Below, in pieces: positions 1 to 9,415 of a DNA stretch of 32,000 bases (position 1 is its first letter; each line of letters opens with the position of its first letter). Both the position numbers and the translations under genes were made by a program. Below the pieces are notes generated by a model. The model made no database searches. It saw only the letters and a list, made by a program, of their open reading frames with translations, and was not told the origin of the DNA. This DNA is from Wolbachia endosymbiont of Cimex lectularius. GTDB taxonomy: Bacteria > Pseudomonadota > Alphaproteobacteria > Rickettsiales > Anaplasmataceae. The stretch is taken from NCBI RefSeq assembly GCF_000829315.1, contig NZ_AP013028.1, positions 1,140,001-1,172,000 of the forward strand. The letters are read 5' to 3'.

Positions 1-57
1 ACAGATGATAGTCCTCTCCTTCATTTCTCTCCTGTTACGAAGATTTTAAACAGGTTC
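1..57 (+). mobile_element. Partial ISWpi1-like IS (IS5 family), terminal 57 bp; transposase C-terminus (..QMIVLSFISLLLRRF*) at 2..49
   Basis: Exact reverse complement of the left end of the copies at 8513, 15571 and 29188; ends in AAACAGGTTC, followed by TAA, a probable target duplication. Confidence 0.93.
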
Positions 58-60
58 TAA

Positions 61-238
61 GAAAGAAGGGGAAATAGAAAAAACAACTAATAAAATAGGA
101 ACTTCAACTGAAAAAGCTACAAGGAATAATAGTGAAAAGCCGGAGCCAGGTAATAACCAAATTTGTGGCGATGCAACTGCTAAACTTATGGAAGAAAGGA
201 ACTCAGCAAACCAAAAGAAAAGTTTTACAAGAGGTTAG
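61..238 (+). pseudogene. C-terminal fragment of a hypothetical protein, probably separated from its 5' part by the IS at 1-57
   Basis: Open frame ending TAG 236-238 (KKEGEIEKTTNKIGTSTEKATRNNSEKPEPGNNQICGDATAKLMEERNSANQKKSFTRG*), no start codon near the IS edge. Confidence 0.4.
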
Positions 239-275
239 TATGGTCTCCCACCCCAGCGTTACCAAGCGCTGGGCG

Positions 276-1307
276 TTACTTCCATTTACACTCGTCAGCT
301 ATCATAACAGCTTCGAGCAGGTGTTCTTCAAGTTTGCTGAGAGGCAAGTCACTTTGTGGGTAACTCCCCCAAGATTTTAATATGTCAGAAGTTTCGACAC
401 CTTCAACAATAGGATATTCCTGATTTTTTTTAGCATATAGTTCTTGAGCTTGCTTGCTTACTAAAAATTCCAGCAAAGTTATAGCGTTTTCTCTGTTTTT
501 TGCGTTTTTTGTTACCGCTGCTCCACTAATATTCACCATTACGCCATTATCATTTTGATTAGGGAAGAAAACCCCCAGCTTGTCTATAATATTCCTTTTA
601 TTTCCATACCCTGATGAAAGAATCCTTGCAAAATAATAGCTATTTACTATTGCAACATCTCCTTCACCAGCAGCTACAGCGTGAATTTGGTCAGTATCGC
701 CACCACTTGGTTTTCTTGCCATATTGCTCACAATTCCACAGACCCATTCTTTTGCCTTTTCAAAACCATCGTTTGCAATCATAAAAGCAATCAATGATCG
801 GTTATATGGACTCGTAGAAGAGCGTACTAATATTCTTCCTTTCCACTTTTCATTTGCTAAATCTTCATAAGTACTTAAATCTTTAGGGTTTGCTGATTCT
901 TTATTATAAACCAATATTCTAGTTCTTTTTGTGAGGCCAAACCAATAATCTTCATTATCTCTAAATTTTGCAGGTATAGCATTTTTTAAAACCTCTGAGT
1001 CTACTTGGGACAGAAGGTCTCTTTTTTTTGCTAAAATCAAATTCACTGCATCTGCAGTCAAAAATAAGTCAGCTTCACCACCATTTTCCATGCGTGAGAG
1101 CAACTGAGAATAATCATCAATAATATAACGTACCTTGATGCCCGTATCTTTTGTGAATTCGTCAAATAAAGTGCGTACTAACTCCTCTTTACGTGATGAA
1201 TAAACATTCACCACTTGTGAATTGTCAGTTTCGCTGTTCTTGTACAAATAAGTAACGACTATTAATACAACTGCTATTAGAAATGTGAATATGAAAGCTC
1301 TTTTCAT
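276..1307 (-). CDS. fbpA: Fe(3+)-type ABC transporter substrate-binding protein
   Basis: 343 aa; N-terminal signal/TM, then VYSSRKEELVRTLFDEFTKDTGIKV and periplasmic-binding-protein features typical of FbpA/AfuA. Confidence 0.85.
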   Translation of the reverse strand: MKRAFIFTFLIAVVLIVVTYLYKNSETDNSQVVNVYSSRKEELVRTLFDEFTKDTGIKVRYIIDDYSQLLSRMENGGEADLFLTADAVNLILAKKRDLLSQVDSEVLKNAIPAKFRDNEDYWFGLTKRTRILVYNKESANPKDLSTYEDLANEKWKGRILVRSSTSPYNRSLIAFMIANDGFEKAKEWVCGIVSNMARKPSGGDTDQIHAVAAGEGDVAIVNSYYFARILSSGYGNKRNIIDKLGVFFPNQNDNGVMVNISGAAVTKNAKNRENAITLLEFLVSKQAQELYAKKNQEYPIVEGVETSDILKSWGSYPQSDLPLSKLEEHLLEAVMIADECKWK

Positions 1308-1455
1308 ATTGAATAGAATAATTTCTCTTAGTTAGAAATATTCAAATGGCAAGGTCTTGGCAAGTGTAAATCTTCAAAATGTTGCACTATCCCAGTTTGC
1401 AGTACTAGGATAGTGATGAAAAGAAGTGCAAGCCAGAAAATATGTTTTCCATAAT

Positions 1456-2250
1456 TTAATTAACAATATAAGTAATATCTGGGTGACCACATGGTTCAGC
1501 AACTACTTGTAACAACTTTGAACTAACATCCTTCTGACTTTCTTTCACAACTTCGATAAACGTTGTGTTAAGTTCTTTACCGCTAGCCTCTTGTTTATGT
1601 AATAACAAATAATCTTTAAAATCAGTTTTGTTCCAATGATGAAGGGCACAAACTACAGTGAAAAGCAGTAGAGTACATGAAATTGCAACGACTGGCCAGT
1701 AAACGGTAGGATTTGTGTATAAATTTACTATATTACTCAAACCACCTGTTGAATATAGTGTTAAAGGAAAGGTTATGCTTCCAGTAATAAGCACTGTGCT
1801 TAAAATAGGAAGCCATAGTCTATCATTGACTAATGAATTTACTTTACTCTTGTAACAGATTGGCTGTCCTATAAGTTCTACAATATTTGTATTATTTTTT
1901 TCTTGTCCTTGAAGAGAATGAAACGTAAAATAAATGCGGTTACCGTTACTATACTTTAATACCAAGGACTTGATGCATTTGTCTTCTGGAAGTGTACTTA
2001 ATACTTCATCTAAAACTTTTTGAGTATCTCTTTCTTTAATCTTATGTTCCTTAGTACGAACTGCTTGCATAAGTTCCCACATAATTCCCAAGACTAAACA
2101 AGATGCTAATACCCCACCAAATATAGTGACAGGATTTACGCTGCTAATGAATCCAATAAATCCCCTTTGTTGCACACTCGAGGCGATTGCCGTAATACAA
2201 CACGCCGTAACAAGACCTGAAAGAGGCATTGTAACTTTTTTCTTCTGCAT
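1456..2250 (-). CDS. Hypothetical multi-pass membrane protein
   Basis: 264 aa ORF with about four hydrophobic segments (TACCITAIASS, IFGGVLASCLVLGIMW, LSTVLITGSITFPLTL, WPVVAISCTLLLFTVVC). Confidence 0.6.
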   Translation of the reverse strand: MQKKKVTMPLSGLVTACCITAIASSVQQRGFIGFISSVNPVTIFGGVLASCLVLGIMWELMQAVRTKEHKIKERDTQKVLDEVLSTLPEDKCIKSLVLKYSNGNRIYFTFHSLQGQEKNNTNIVELIGQPICYKSKVNSLVNDRLWLPILSTVLITGSITFPLTLYSTGGLSNIVNLYTNPTVYWPVVAISCTLLLFTVVCALHHWNKTDFKDYLLLHKQEASGKELNTTFIEVVKESQKDVSSKLLQVVAEPCGHPDITYIVN

Positions 2251-3245
2251 ATAACATACTTTACTTTCTGTAAAAATCTGTTTGTTTTTTTACCATCTGA
2301 GAGCAAAGACTTTTCAGAGCCATCTTCGCTCGTATACGATGGTGGAGGAGTTGGAACCATACCTAAATCTTCAATATCCTGATGATTCTGTATAGGTTCT
2401 TTAATCCATTTTTCTACTTCGTCTAAATAACCATCATTCGCTGTTCTGTCTGTTTCTGTTGTCAGCTTACTAGATATATTAATCCCCTTAAATGTGATAT
2501 TCTCTAATTCTTCTTTACTAATATCAACTTCCGCTATTCCTTGATCTATATTTTCTAAGAGACTCTTCATATTTTTTTTTAACAATTCCTTTATGTTTCT
2601 ATGAAAGTCATCAACAGGATTAGTGTTCCGCATATTACCATCAACTAACATTACTTTTTGCGGTAACATACCTTTGTCTTTTTTATGTGCTTTTAAAAGA
2701 TATAAAACGCGTAGATGTTTTTCGATTTGTGGATCTTGAGACTTAGTCATTTTTTCAGCTATTTTTGCTGAATCTTCAATTTGTGGGGGTTGACGCTTAG
2801 TTGTTCCTTTAAATACTTTAATACTTTGTGCCTGCTCTTCTGTTAAATCTAAATAATTTTTCACTATATGTTCTACTGATTTGGGATATGCAAGTGATAC
2901 AATAACAACTTCTGCTCCGCTTGAAAGTGCAGATTGTAATACAGACTTTAGTTTTTTTTTATTTTTGATTCCTGAATTTTGAAAAAATTCTTCTATTTTT
3001 TCTTTAGTTACTGCATTGTTTTGGCCAGAATTATAATCATTATAATTTTGGGATGCAAAGAGATTGCACATGGAGCTCTTGACAATTGTTTGATCAAAAT
3101 CAAATATTAACATAGAACCTTTCTTTTTCTCTTGATATGCATCCTCTGCCATATCATTTAACAATGCTTGTACATCATTTTGCACATTGTCCTTTTCTGT
3201 AACAGCTACTCTAAGTATTGATATAGGCGTTGTTGATCCATGCAT
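2136..3245 (-). CDS. Hypothetical protein with HAD-superfamily-like motifs
   Basis: 369 aa; LIFDFDQTIV (DxDxT-like motif I), VVIVSLA (motif II-like) and KVMLVDGN (motif IV-like); 115-nt same-strand overlap with the next ORF. Confidence 0.6.
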   Translation of the reverse strand: MHGSTTPISILRVAVTEKDNVQNDVQALLNDMAEDAYQEKKKGSMLIFDFDQTIVKSSMCNLFASQNYNDYNSGQNNAVTKEKIEEFFQNSGIKNKKKLKSVLQSALSSGAEVVIVSLAYPKSVEHIVKNYLDLTEEQAQSIKVFKGTTKRQPPQIEDSAKIAEKMTKSQDPQIEKHLRVLYLLKAHKKDKGMLPQKVMLVDGNMRNTNPVDDFHRNIKELLKKNMKSLLENIDQGIAEVDISKEELENITFKGINISSKLTTETDRTANDGYLDEVEKWIKEPIQNHQDIEDLGMVPTPPPSYTSEDGSEKSLLSDGKKTNRFLQKVKYVICRRKKLQCLFQVLLRRVVLRQSPRVCNKGDLLDSLAA

Positions 3246-3330
3246 ACTACTCTCCGAAATTAATTACCAATGCTGTGTTGATTACACCATAGTTGTTAAT
3301 ATGTAGTAAATACTAATTTAAGGATAAGTG

Positions 3331-4125
3331 TTAATATAAGAACTGCCTATCAAAGATTCTTTCGTCTAATGAATAATCTCTGTCAAAAAGTAGAGTGACT
3401 GTGTTCTCGTGGTCTTTCTGCATTTTTATCTGTGATATGTGATGAAACTCTTTGTAATCTGATACTACAAGTGCTGGACGATTTTCCACGTCGTTAATGT
3501 CAATTTGTACTACTGTATCACTTGAGATTAACGCTCCGTTCCAATGCCTTGGGTGATAGCTATTAATAGAGGTCAGTGCAAGTAAGTTTGAGTTTAATGG
3601 TAAGATTGGGCCTCCGGCAGAAAAGTTATATGCAGCGCTACCGGTTGGGGTAGACAATATTATTCCATCCCCTCTAAATTTTTCTACTTTTAGCTTGTCA
3701 TTGATAGTAATATTCATTTCTACTATTTGATTCGCTTTTCTGAAAACATATACCTCGTTTACTGCTATGTAATGGTATTTCTTGCCACCTATATCTGTAG
3801 CTTCCGTTTTTAACAAAGTGAGCTGAGTTGGGACTGTGTATTCTATGTTATCAATTAGATCTTCGCTGCGGCTAAAGCACTTATTCATCAAAAATCCAAC
3901 GTTACCAGTATTTACTCCATATACATGTATGTTTTTATTTCCTATCACGTAATTATGCAGGGTGCGTAGCATGAAGCCATCACCGCCAACAACTATGAGC
4001 AGATCAATTTCGGATTTATTTTCCTCTGTTATATTGATAAAATTAAATTTTTGTAACAGTTTGGATACTTCCTGCGATTTTGGTGACTCAGAAGCAACGT
4101 AGGCTATATTTTTATATTTATGCAT
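3331..4125 (-). CDS. nadK: NAD kinase
   Basis: 264 aa; GGDGFMLRTLH, YGVNTGNVGFLMN and DGIILSTPTGSAAYNFSAGGPI motifs. Confidence 0.92.
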   Translation of the reverse strand: MHKYKNIAYVASESPKSQEVSKLLQKFNFINITEENKSEIDLLIVVGGDGFMLRTLHNYVIGNKNIHVYGVNTGNVGFLMNKCFSRSEDLIDNIEYTVPTQLTLLKTEATDIGGKKYHYIAVNEVYVFRKANQIVEMNITINDKLKVEKFRGDGIILSTPTGSAAYNFSAGGPILPLNSNLLALTSINSYHPRHWNGALISSDTVVQIDINDVENRPALVVSDYKEFHHISQIKMQKDHENTVTLLFDRDYSLDERIFDRQFLY

Positions 4126-4149
4126 GCTTCACTCAGAAAGAAGCAAAAA

Positions 4150-4362
4150 CTAGAAGATACCTCCATATTTATCATTAAACTTAGCTATTTTGCTAGTTTT
4201 GCTTGCCGATCCACTTGTCAAACTTCCAGTCCATGCAGGGTGGGTTAGAGGATCTCTATCAAGTTTTACCTTATCACCTTCCTTTCCATAAGTGGAACGA
4301 GTTTCAAACTCTTGACCATTTGTCATGATTATAGTAATTTTATGATAATCAATTTCTGCCAT
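4150..4362 (-). CDS. rpmE: 50S ribosomal protein L31
   Basis: 70 aa; ITIIMTNGQEFETRSTYG...LDRDPLTHPAWTG is characteristic of L31. Confidence 0.9.
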   Translation of the reverse strand: MAEIDYHKITIIMTNGQEFETRSTYGKEGDKVKLDRDPLTHPAWTGSLTSGSASKTSKIAKFNDKYGGIF

Positions 4363-4490
4363 TGCTACCTATAAACTTCCAGTTAGTTAATATTCTAGTG
4401 GATTCGATTCACTAAGTCAATTATTATTCTAAAATATTGACAAAAAATAAATAAAGTAGTATACTTGATGAAGAATAAATAATAATTATT

Positions 4491-5471
4491 ATGATTTTTG
4501 CTTTCCCTGGTCAGGGCTCTCAGTTTGTAGGAATGGGAAGGAGCTTATATAGTGAGTTCTCTGTTGCAAGACAGGTATTTTATGAAGTAGATAGTGTACT
4601 AAGTAGAAAGTTATCTAGTTTAATTTTTGACGGCCCTATTGAAGAGTTGACCATCACAGAAAATGCTCAGCCAGCTATAATGGCAGTGTCAATTGCAATG
4701 CTACGTGTTATGGAGCATGTGTTTGGCAGATCTCTTTTCTCTGATTGCAACGTTCAGTATGTTTGTGGGCATTCAGTTGGCGAGTATACAGCACTATGTG
4801 CTGCAGGAGCATTGACTCTTGAGTCTGCGGTCAAACTGCTGAAAGTTCGCGGTGAAGCGATGCATGAAGCCTCTTTGAAATGTAAAGGCGGAATGGTTGC
4901 ATTGCTTGGAGCAGAGATAAGCGAAGTAGAAGATATATTGAAATCAGCCAAAATTGACGGGGTTTGTGAAGTTGCAAACGATAATGGTGGTGGACAGGTA
5001 GTGGTAAGCGGCACTGCAGAAACTCTTGAGGTGTTGCCCGATTTATTCAAAAACTCAAGTGTGAGGAAACTAATTAAATTACAAGTTAGTGGGCCTTTTC
5101 ATTCATCTCTTATGAAACCCGCTGATGAAAAACTCTTGGAATTTTTGGAAAACATTACAATAACTCGACCCCTAATTCCCTTTGTATCAAATGTTACAGC
5201 CAAAGAAGAAAGTGACCCAGAAATAATAAGAGATTTGCTTGCTAAGCAAATCATAAGCAAAGTAAGGTGGAGAGAGATGGTTTTATATATGGTAAACTGC
5301 GACGTTAACAAATTCGTTGAAATTGGGCCTAATAAAGTTTTATCTAATTTAGTCAAAAGAATTGATCAATCCATCAGTACAAAAAATATAGGTAGTATTG
5401 GTGATATTGATAATTTTCTTAATGAATCGTTAGTATTGACAGCAGAAAATTTAGAAGTTAGTTTAAGTTAA
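4491..5471 (+). CDS. fabD: Malonyl-CoA:ACP transacylase
   Basis: 326 aa; FPGQGSQFVGMG, GHSVGEYTAL (GHSxG), and VSGPFHSSLMKPA. Confidence 0.95.
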   Translation: MIFAFPGQGSQFVGMGRSLYSEFSVARQVFYEVDSVLSRKLSSLIFDGPIEELTITENAQPAIMAVSIAMLRVMEHVFGRSLFSDCNVQYVCGHSVGEYTALCAAGALTLESAVKLLKVRGEAMHEASLKCKGGMVALLGAEISEVEDILKSAKIDGVCEVANDNGGGQVVVSGTAETLEVLPDLFKNSSVRKLIKLQVSGPFHSSLMKPADEKLLEFLENITITRPLIPFVSNVTAKEESDPEIIRDLLAKQIISKVRWREMVLYMVNCDVNKFVEIGPNKVLSNLVKRIDQSISTKNIGSIGDIDNFLNESLVLTAENLEVSLS

Positions 5472-5535
5472 AGCGTATAGCTAGCACGAATAAGGCTGAT
5501 TGTTAGTTCTACCAATTAAGGGAGGGGTGAGAAGT

Positions 5536-6297
5536 ATGACAAATATTAACACTAAAGAGTACGACCTAACATTAGGCAGTACCACAGTTAAACTTTTTAT
5601 TGAAAGTGATGACATAAGTGGAATTAATTTTATTAACGTACATCAAAATGAGGTAACTTCAAAAGAGGCCGGCAAGCGCATAATCCAACAATTTGGCGGC
5701 AGGATGTTGTATATTATTCATGGCGATGGTACTTCACGTAATGTGGAATTTAATTTAAATGGTGAAAAGTATGAGTTTGATCCCAATCGTATATTTGACG
5801 ATGTGGGTGCAGAGGCTAGTTTAAAAAAATTTGGCAATTTCTCAGAAGGTGCTTTGAAAGCAGTTAGAAATTTTGCAGAAAAAATTTTAGATTTCTTGCT
5901 TCCCGATCAAGACTATGTCATCGCTCTGCATAATAACTACAACTCTCCTAGCTACTCATTCAAAAGCTATTTTTCTCCACCACTTTCCCGTGATGTACTG
6001 AAGATTTATCCAGAAGTATGTCCAGAAAGCGGAACGGGTGAGTTTTTCTATACGACAGTTGAAGATTGGTTTGAGGCTTTAAAACAGAAGGAAGTTTTTA
6101 ATATAATATTGCAAAACAACAAAGCGGTTGAAGACGATGGTTCTTTATCTGTATCTGTATATGCTGGAGAAAACAATATTCGGTACTCTAATGTGGAAGC
6201 AGAGCATGGTCATTTAGAGCAGCAAATAGATATGCTACCTGCTTTACACAGTGTTTTATTTCCAAATGCAAATCAATCCCCGACGGTAGAATTATAA
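5536..6297 (+). CDS. Conserved hypothetical protein
   Basis: Likely ATG at 5536 behind GGAGGGG (5521 region); in-frame ORF extended from 5500 in the track; no recognisable domain. Confidence 0.6.
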   Translation: MTNINTKEYDLTLGSTTVKLFIESDDISGINFINVHQNEVTSKEAGKRIIQQFGGRMLYIIHGDGTSRNVEFNLNGEKYEFDPNRIFDDVGAEASLKKFGNFSEGALKAVRNFAEKILDFLLPDQDYVIALHNNYNSPSYSFKSYFSPPLSRDVLKIYPEVCPESGTGEFFYTTVEDWFEALKQKEVFNIILQNNKAVEDDGSLSVSVYAGENNIRYSNVEAEHGHLEQQIDMLPALHSVLFPNANQSPTVEL

Positions 6298-6319
6298 TAA
6301 CATAAAGCATACTGGCTGC

Positions 6320-7825
6320 TTATACAATCAATGAACTACCTGTTATTTCGTCTGGTTTTTTAATTCCAAGTAACTGTAAAATAGTGGGAGCGATATCAGA
6401 TAACTTTCCATCTCTCAGCTTCAGATTGTTATAAGAATCAAAGCATACGATGAATGGAACTGTATTCAAAGTATGTGCTGTATGGGGTGTGTTGTTTTCT
6501 TCATCGAACATGCACTCAACATTGCCGTGATCTGCCGTAACAATGAGCACAGTGTTACCTACTTCTTTAACAGCATCGAGCACTTTCATAAGGCAATTAT
6601 CTATAGCTAGCACAGCCTTCTGAGCTGCTTTCATGTTACCTGTATGACTTACCATATCAGGATTAGCGTAATTTATAACTATCAGTGCGAATTCTTGGGA
6701 ATAAATTTTTTCTACAAGCTTTTCTGTGAGCTCAAAGGCTGACATTTCAGGCTGCAAATCATAAGTTTTAACTTTTGGTGAGGGAATGAGAATTCTTTCT
6801 TCACCAGGGAAAGGTTCTTCTTTGCCGCAATTGAAAAAGAAGGTTACATGAGCGTATTTTTCAGTTTCAGCAATACGCAACTGTCGTAATTTATTATCCG
6901 CTATTGCCTGTCCTAGAGTGTTGGCAAAGGATCTAGAAGGAAAAAGACAGGGAATTTTTAAGCCCGCTTTGTATTGCATCATACTTAAAATTGAAGAGAA
7001 TTTTGCTACTTCAATGTAGTCTGTTTTACCAAGCAAAATACTCGCCAATTGTATCATTCGATCGGCACGAAAGTTAGCCAGTAACACCCCATCTTCTGGC
7101 TTTATACCTTGATAGTTACCTATTACTGCAGGTCTGATAAACTCATCAGTTATGTTGCTTTGGTAGTTACTATCAATCAACGACATCATACTATCGTGAC
7201 AAGGTGCCTTTGCAAATGCGATAGCTTCGTAAGCTTCAATTGTTCTTTCCCATCTGTTATCACGGTCCATAGCGTAATAACGTCCAGAAACAGTAGCAAT
7301 TCTTATGTCATTGCCCTTTATACTCTCTTCAAATTCTTGAATGCATTTTTTCCCCGAATTTGGCGATGTATCTCTGCCATCTAAAAATGCATGTATCACC
7401 ACCTTAATTCCGTGTTGCGATATTTTATTTGCTAGAGTTGAAATATGTTTTTGATGCGAATGAACACCACCGTCTGACACTAATCCCATTATATGGCATA
7501 CGCCACGCTTACTTTTTAAATTGCCAATAAAGTTTTGTAGATTTGCATTGCTTTCTATTGTTCCTATTTCTTGATTAATACGCTGTAGGCTTTGCATCAC
7601 TACTCTGCCACTGCCAATATTCATATGGCCAACCTCTGAATTGCCTATCTGACCATCTGGTAGCCCAACATCGGTTCCACAGGCAGATAAACTGCATTTT
7701 GGGTAATTAGAGCTAATATACTGCCAACAGGGTGGATTTGCATTGCTAATAGCATTATATTCACTATTCTCTATTCCATTTCCCCAACCATCTAATATAC
7801 ATAAAACAACCGATTTAAAGTTCAT
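6320..7825 (-). CDS. gpmI: 2,3-bisphosphoglycerate-independent phosphoglycerate mutase
   Basis: 501 aa; [36 protein letters not shown], and [10 protein letters not shown]. Confidence 0.96.
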   Translation of the reverse strand: MNFKSVVLCILDGWGNGIENSEYNAISNANPPCWQYISSNYPKCSLSACGTDVGLPDGQIGNSEVGHMNIGSGRVVMQSLQRINQEIGTIESNANLQNFIGNLKSKRGVCHIMGLVSDGGVHSHQKHISTLANKISQHGIKVVIHAFLDGRDTSPNSGKKCIQEFEESIKGNDIRIATVSGRYYAMDRDNRWERTIEAYEAIAFAKAPCHDSMMSLIDSNYQSNITDEFIRPAVIGNYQGIKPEDGVLLANFRADRMIQLASILLGKTDYIEVAKFSSILSMMQYKAGLKIPCLFPSRSFANTLGQAIADNKLRQLRIAETEKYAHVTFFFNCGKEEPFPGEERILIPSPKVKTYDLQPEMSAFELTEKLVEKIYSQEFALIVINYANPDMVSHTGNMKAAQKAVLAIDNCLMKVLDAVKEVGNTVLIVTADHGNVECMFDEENNTPHTAHTLNTVPFIVCFDSYNNLKLRDGKLSDIAPTILQLLGIKKPDEITGSSLIV

Positions 7826-7953
7826 ACGGTGCTAGAATTCTATAGATATAACACGATACCAAGAACAAACTCTTTCCACAATCTCAATATTGCGTGACAT
7901 AAAGTTTGTAAAGGAGGAATTATCAAATATCACATAGGTGTGTCAGAACAGCG

Positions 7954-8420
7954 TTAGATCTCTCGCATATCAAACCAGCTTTGGCATATGCGAAAAAACT
8001 ACTTGACAAATCTCACCAGCCCCATTATTATAAAGTTGGAGGTATTTAGTTATCTTCATCTGTGCAGATTAAACGACAAGAGTATTATGGTTAGCGTTTT
8101 ATGTTTAATTTTTTGCACTATGTGCACTTCATGTCTTTATTAATTTTACCTAGATTTCTAGGTTTTTCCCTATACAAGCTGAAACGCGCTTATAAGTCGT
8201 TTAAGACAGTATAGTACGCCAATTTGCAGGATTAGAGAGTGAGCAACTTCTACCACGGGGCTCTTTTGTCTTTTTTTCTGCTTAGTAAGTTTCTTAGCGC
8301 TTAAGCTAAGGGTCTGTTGCAGTTTAAAAGTCGCTAAATTGCAGCGTTTAAGACTTAAAAAAACGCCAATACTGAAAATAGACAATGACCAGGGCTTCTT
8401 TTGCTTTTTTTCAGCCTTGA
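7954..8420 (+). repeat. Dispersed promoter-bearing repeat, copy E1
   Basis: TTAGATCTCT (7954-7963); TTGACA (8003-8008)-N17-TATTAT (8026-8031); GCACTATGTGC, AAACG..CGTTT hairpin (8182-8202), two terminator-like GGGGCTC/TT-TTTT modules. Same order as the copies at 10771, 14926 and 29150/30050. Confidence 0.85.
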
Positions 8421-8520
8421 AACTCGTTAGCGCCGCATTAGCTATATCACATGGGATTGTGCAATGGATGCAGCTTAACATAAAAAGTTTGACTTTTTGA
8501 AATTTTTGGTTAGAACCTGT

Positions 8521-8985
8521 TTAAAATCTTCGTAACAGGAGAGAAATGAAGGAGAGGACTATCATCTGTAAGCTAGTGTTGAGCTTCCGCTCGCAATTTT
8601 TCCACAATCGCCTGCACTTTTCTAACCAGGCAAAAGAGCGTTCAACAACCCATCTTTTTGGCAATACGACGAAAGTGTGTAACTCACTTCGCTTTATTAC
8701 TTCAACAGTCGCACCAATGATAGCTTTTATTTGTGTTGCAAAATTTTCTCCTGTGTAGCCAGCATCAACCAGTATGTTTTTAACTTCAGAGAGGTTTGCT
8801 TTAGCATTTTCGACCATTTTCACAGCACTGCTACGGTCAGTTGCTTCTGCCGTTGTTACATAAATTGCATGTGGCAAACCTTGTGTATCAACTGCAATAT
8901 GGCGCTTTATCCCTGAAATCTTTTTACCTGCATCATAGCCTTTTTTTTTCAGCAGTATCTGCGTTTTTAACGCTTTGAGAATCAA
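8521..8985 (-). pseudogene. IS5-family transposase OrfB, frame broken by a 9-base homopolymer
   Basis: The T-run at 8941-8949 is 9 nt here and 8 nt in copies 2 and 3, so SQSVKNADTAEKKG is replaced by LKALKTQILLKKKG. Confidence 0.75.
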
Positions 8986-8996
8986 TTATACAAAAG

Positions 8997-9317
8997 CTAG
9001 TTTTCTCTTTCCGACCATTGCTGATACGGACCTCTCCAACTAATTTTTTTTAAGACTAATTCCAACAAGCTTGGCTCTTCTCCATTCTTTTTACTCCACA
9101 CTCGAAAATAGTAATATACGCTTTCCCATCTTGGAAAACCCTTTGGTAACATCCTCCACTGACAACCACTTTTTAAGACGTACAACACCCCACAAAATAC
9201 GTCATACAAATCAAGTTTTCTTGGTTTTGTTTTCTGCTTGCTACTCTCCAAAATTGGCCTGATTTTTTCAAACTGCTCTTGACTTATATTACTTGGATAA
9301 CTTTTCTGCATAGACAC
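8997..9317 (-). CDS. IS5-family transposase OrfA
   Basis: 106 aa DUF4096-type N-terminal domain (RKLDLYDVFCGVLYVLKSGCQWRMLPKGFPRWESVYYYF), identical in all three complete IS copies. Confidence 0.9.
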   Translation of the reverse strand: MSMQKSYPSNISQEQFEKIRPILESSKQKTKPRKLDLYDVFCGVLYVLKSGCQWRMLPKGFPRWESVYYYFRVWSKKNGEEPSLLELVLKKISWRGPYQQWSEREN

Positions 9318-9415
9318 CTCATTATTAATCTATGCTTACTTTACCTCACATTTCCAAGATTTTAAACAGGTTCTTACGCTCAGGTATAGTTTACTATTAA
9401 TAAGGGGTAGTTGCC

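Larger units (their letters stand above)
8513..9373 (-). mobile_element. ISWpi1-like IS5-family insertion sequence, copy 1 (861 bp)
   Basis: Terminal inverted repeats GAACCTGTTTAAAATCTT(C/G)G; 3-bp duplication TTA (8510-8512 / 9374-9376); two transposase ORFs (8997..9317, 8521..8985). Confidence 0.95.

Noticed and set aside
252-273. CCCAGCG-ttaccaag-CGCTGGG hairpin between converging genes
   Set aside because: 7-bp stem with no adjacent T-run on either strand. It may be another decayed palindrome, but a terminator call is not supported.
132-380. 82-aa + strand ORF after the truncated frame
   Set aside because: It overlaps the 3' end of fbpA antisense and has a different frame from the lysine-rich tail. 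No support for a product.
4754-5356. Antisense ORFs 4754..5050 and 5099..5356 within fabD
   Set aside because: The opposite strand is unambiguously fabD. Likewise 7109..7384 in gpmI, 11689..11910 over CADD, 18986..19264 in purF, 20344..20595 in the ankyrin gene, and 23150..24301 ORFs in the M16 gene.
7990-8420. Considering repeat E1 as a CRISPR array or a tRNA/6S/tmRNA gene
   Set aside because: No short, evenly spaced direct repeats, no cloverleaf or CCA end, and no tag-peptide or 6S-like closed stem was visible. It is treated as an unclassified promoter-bearing repeat.
8170-8481. 103-aa ORF on the - strand, MLSCIHCTIPCDIANAALTSFKAEKKQKKPW...
   Set aside because: It lies inside and downstream of repeat E1, is antisense to its promoter, and is not conserved as a frame in E2 or E4. 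It looks like a spurious ORF from a repeat.
8546-9262. ORFs 8546..8758, 8731..8916 and 9071..9262 (+), repeated in the other IS copies
   Set aside because: Identical antisense ORFs inside the transposase genes. They recur only because the IS recurs.
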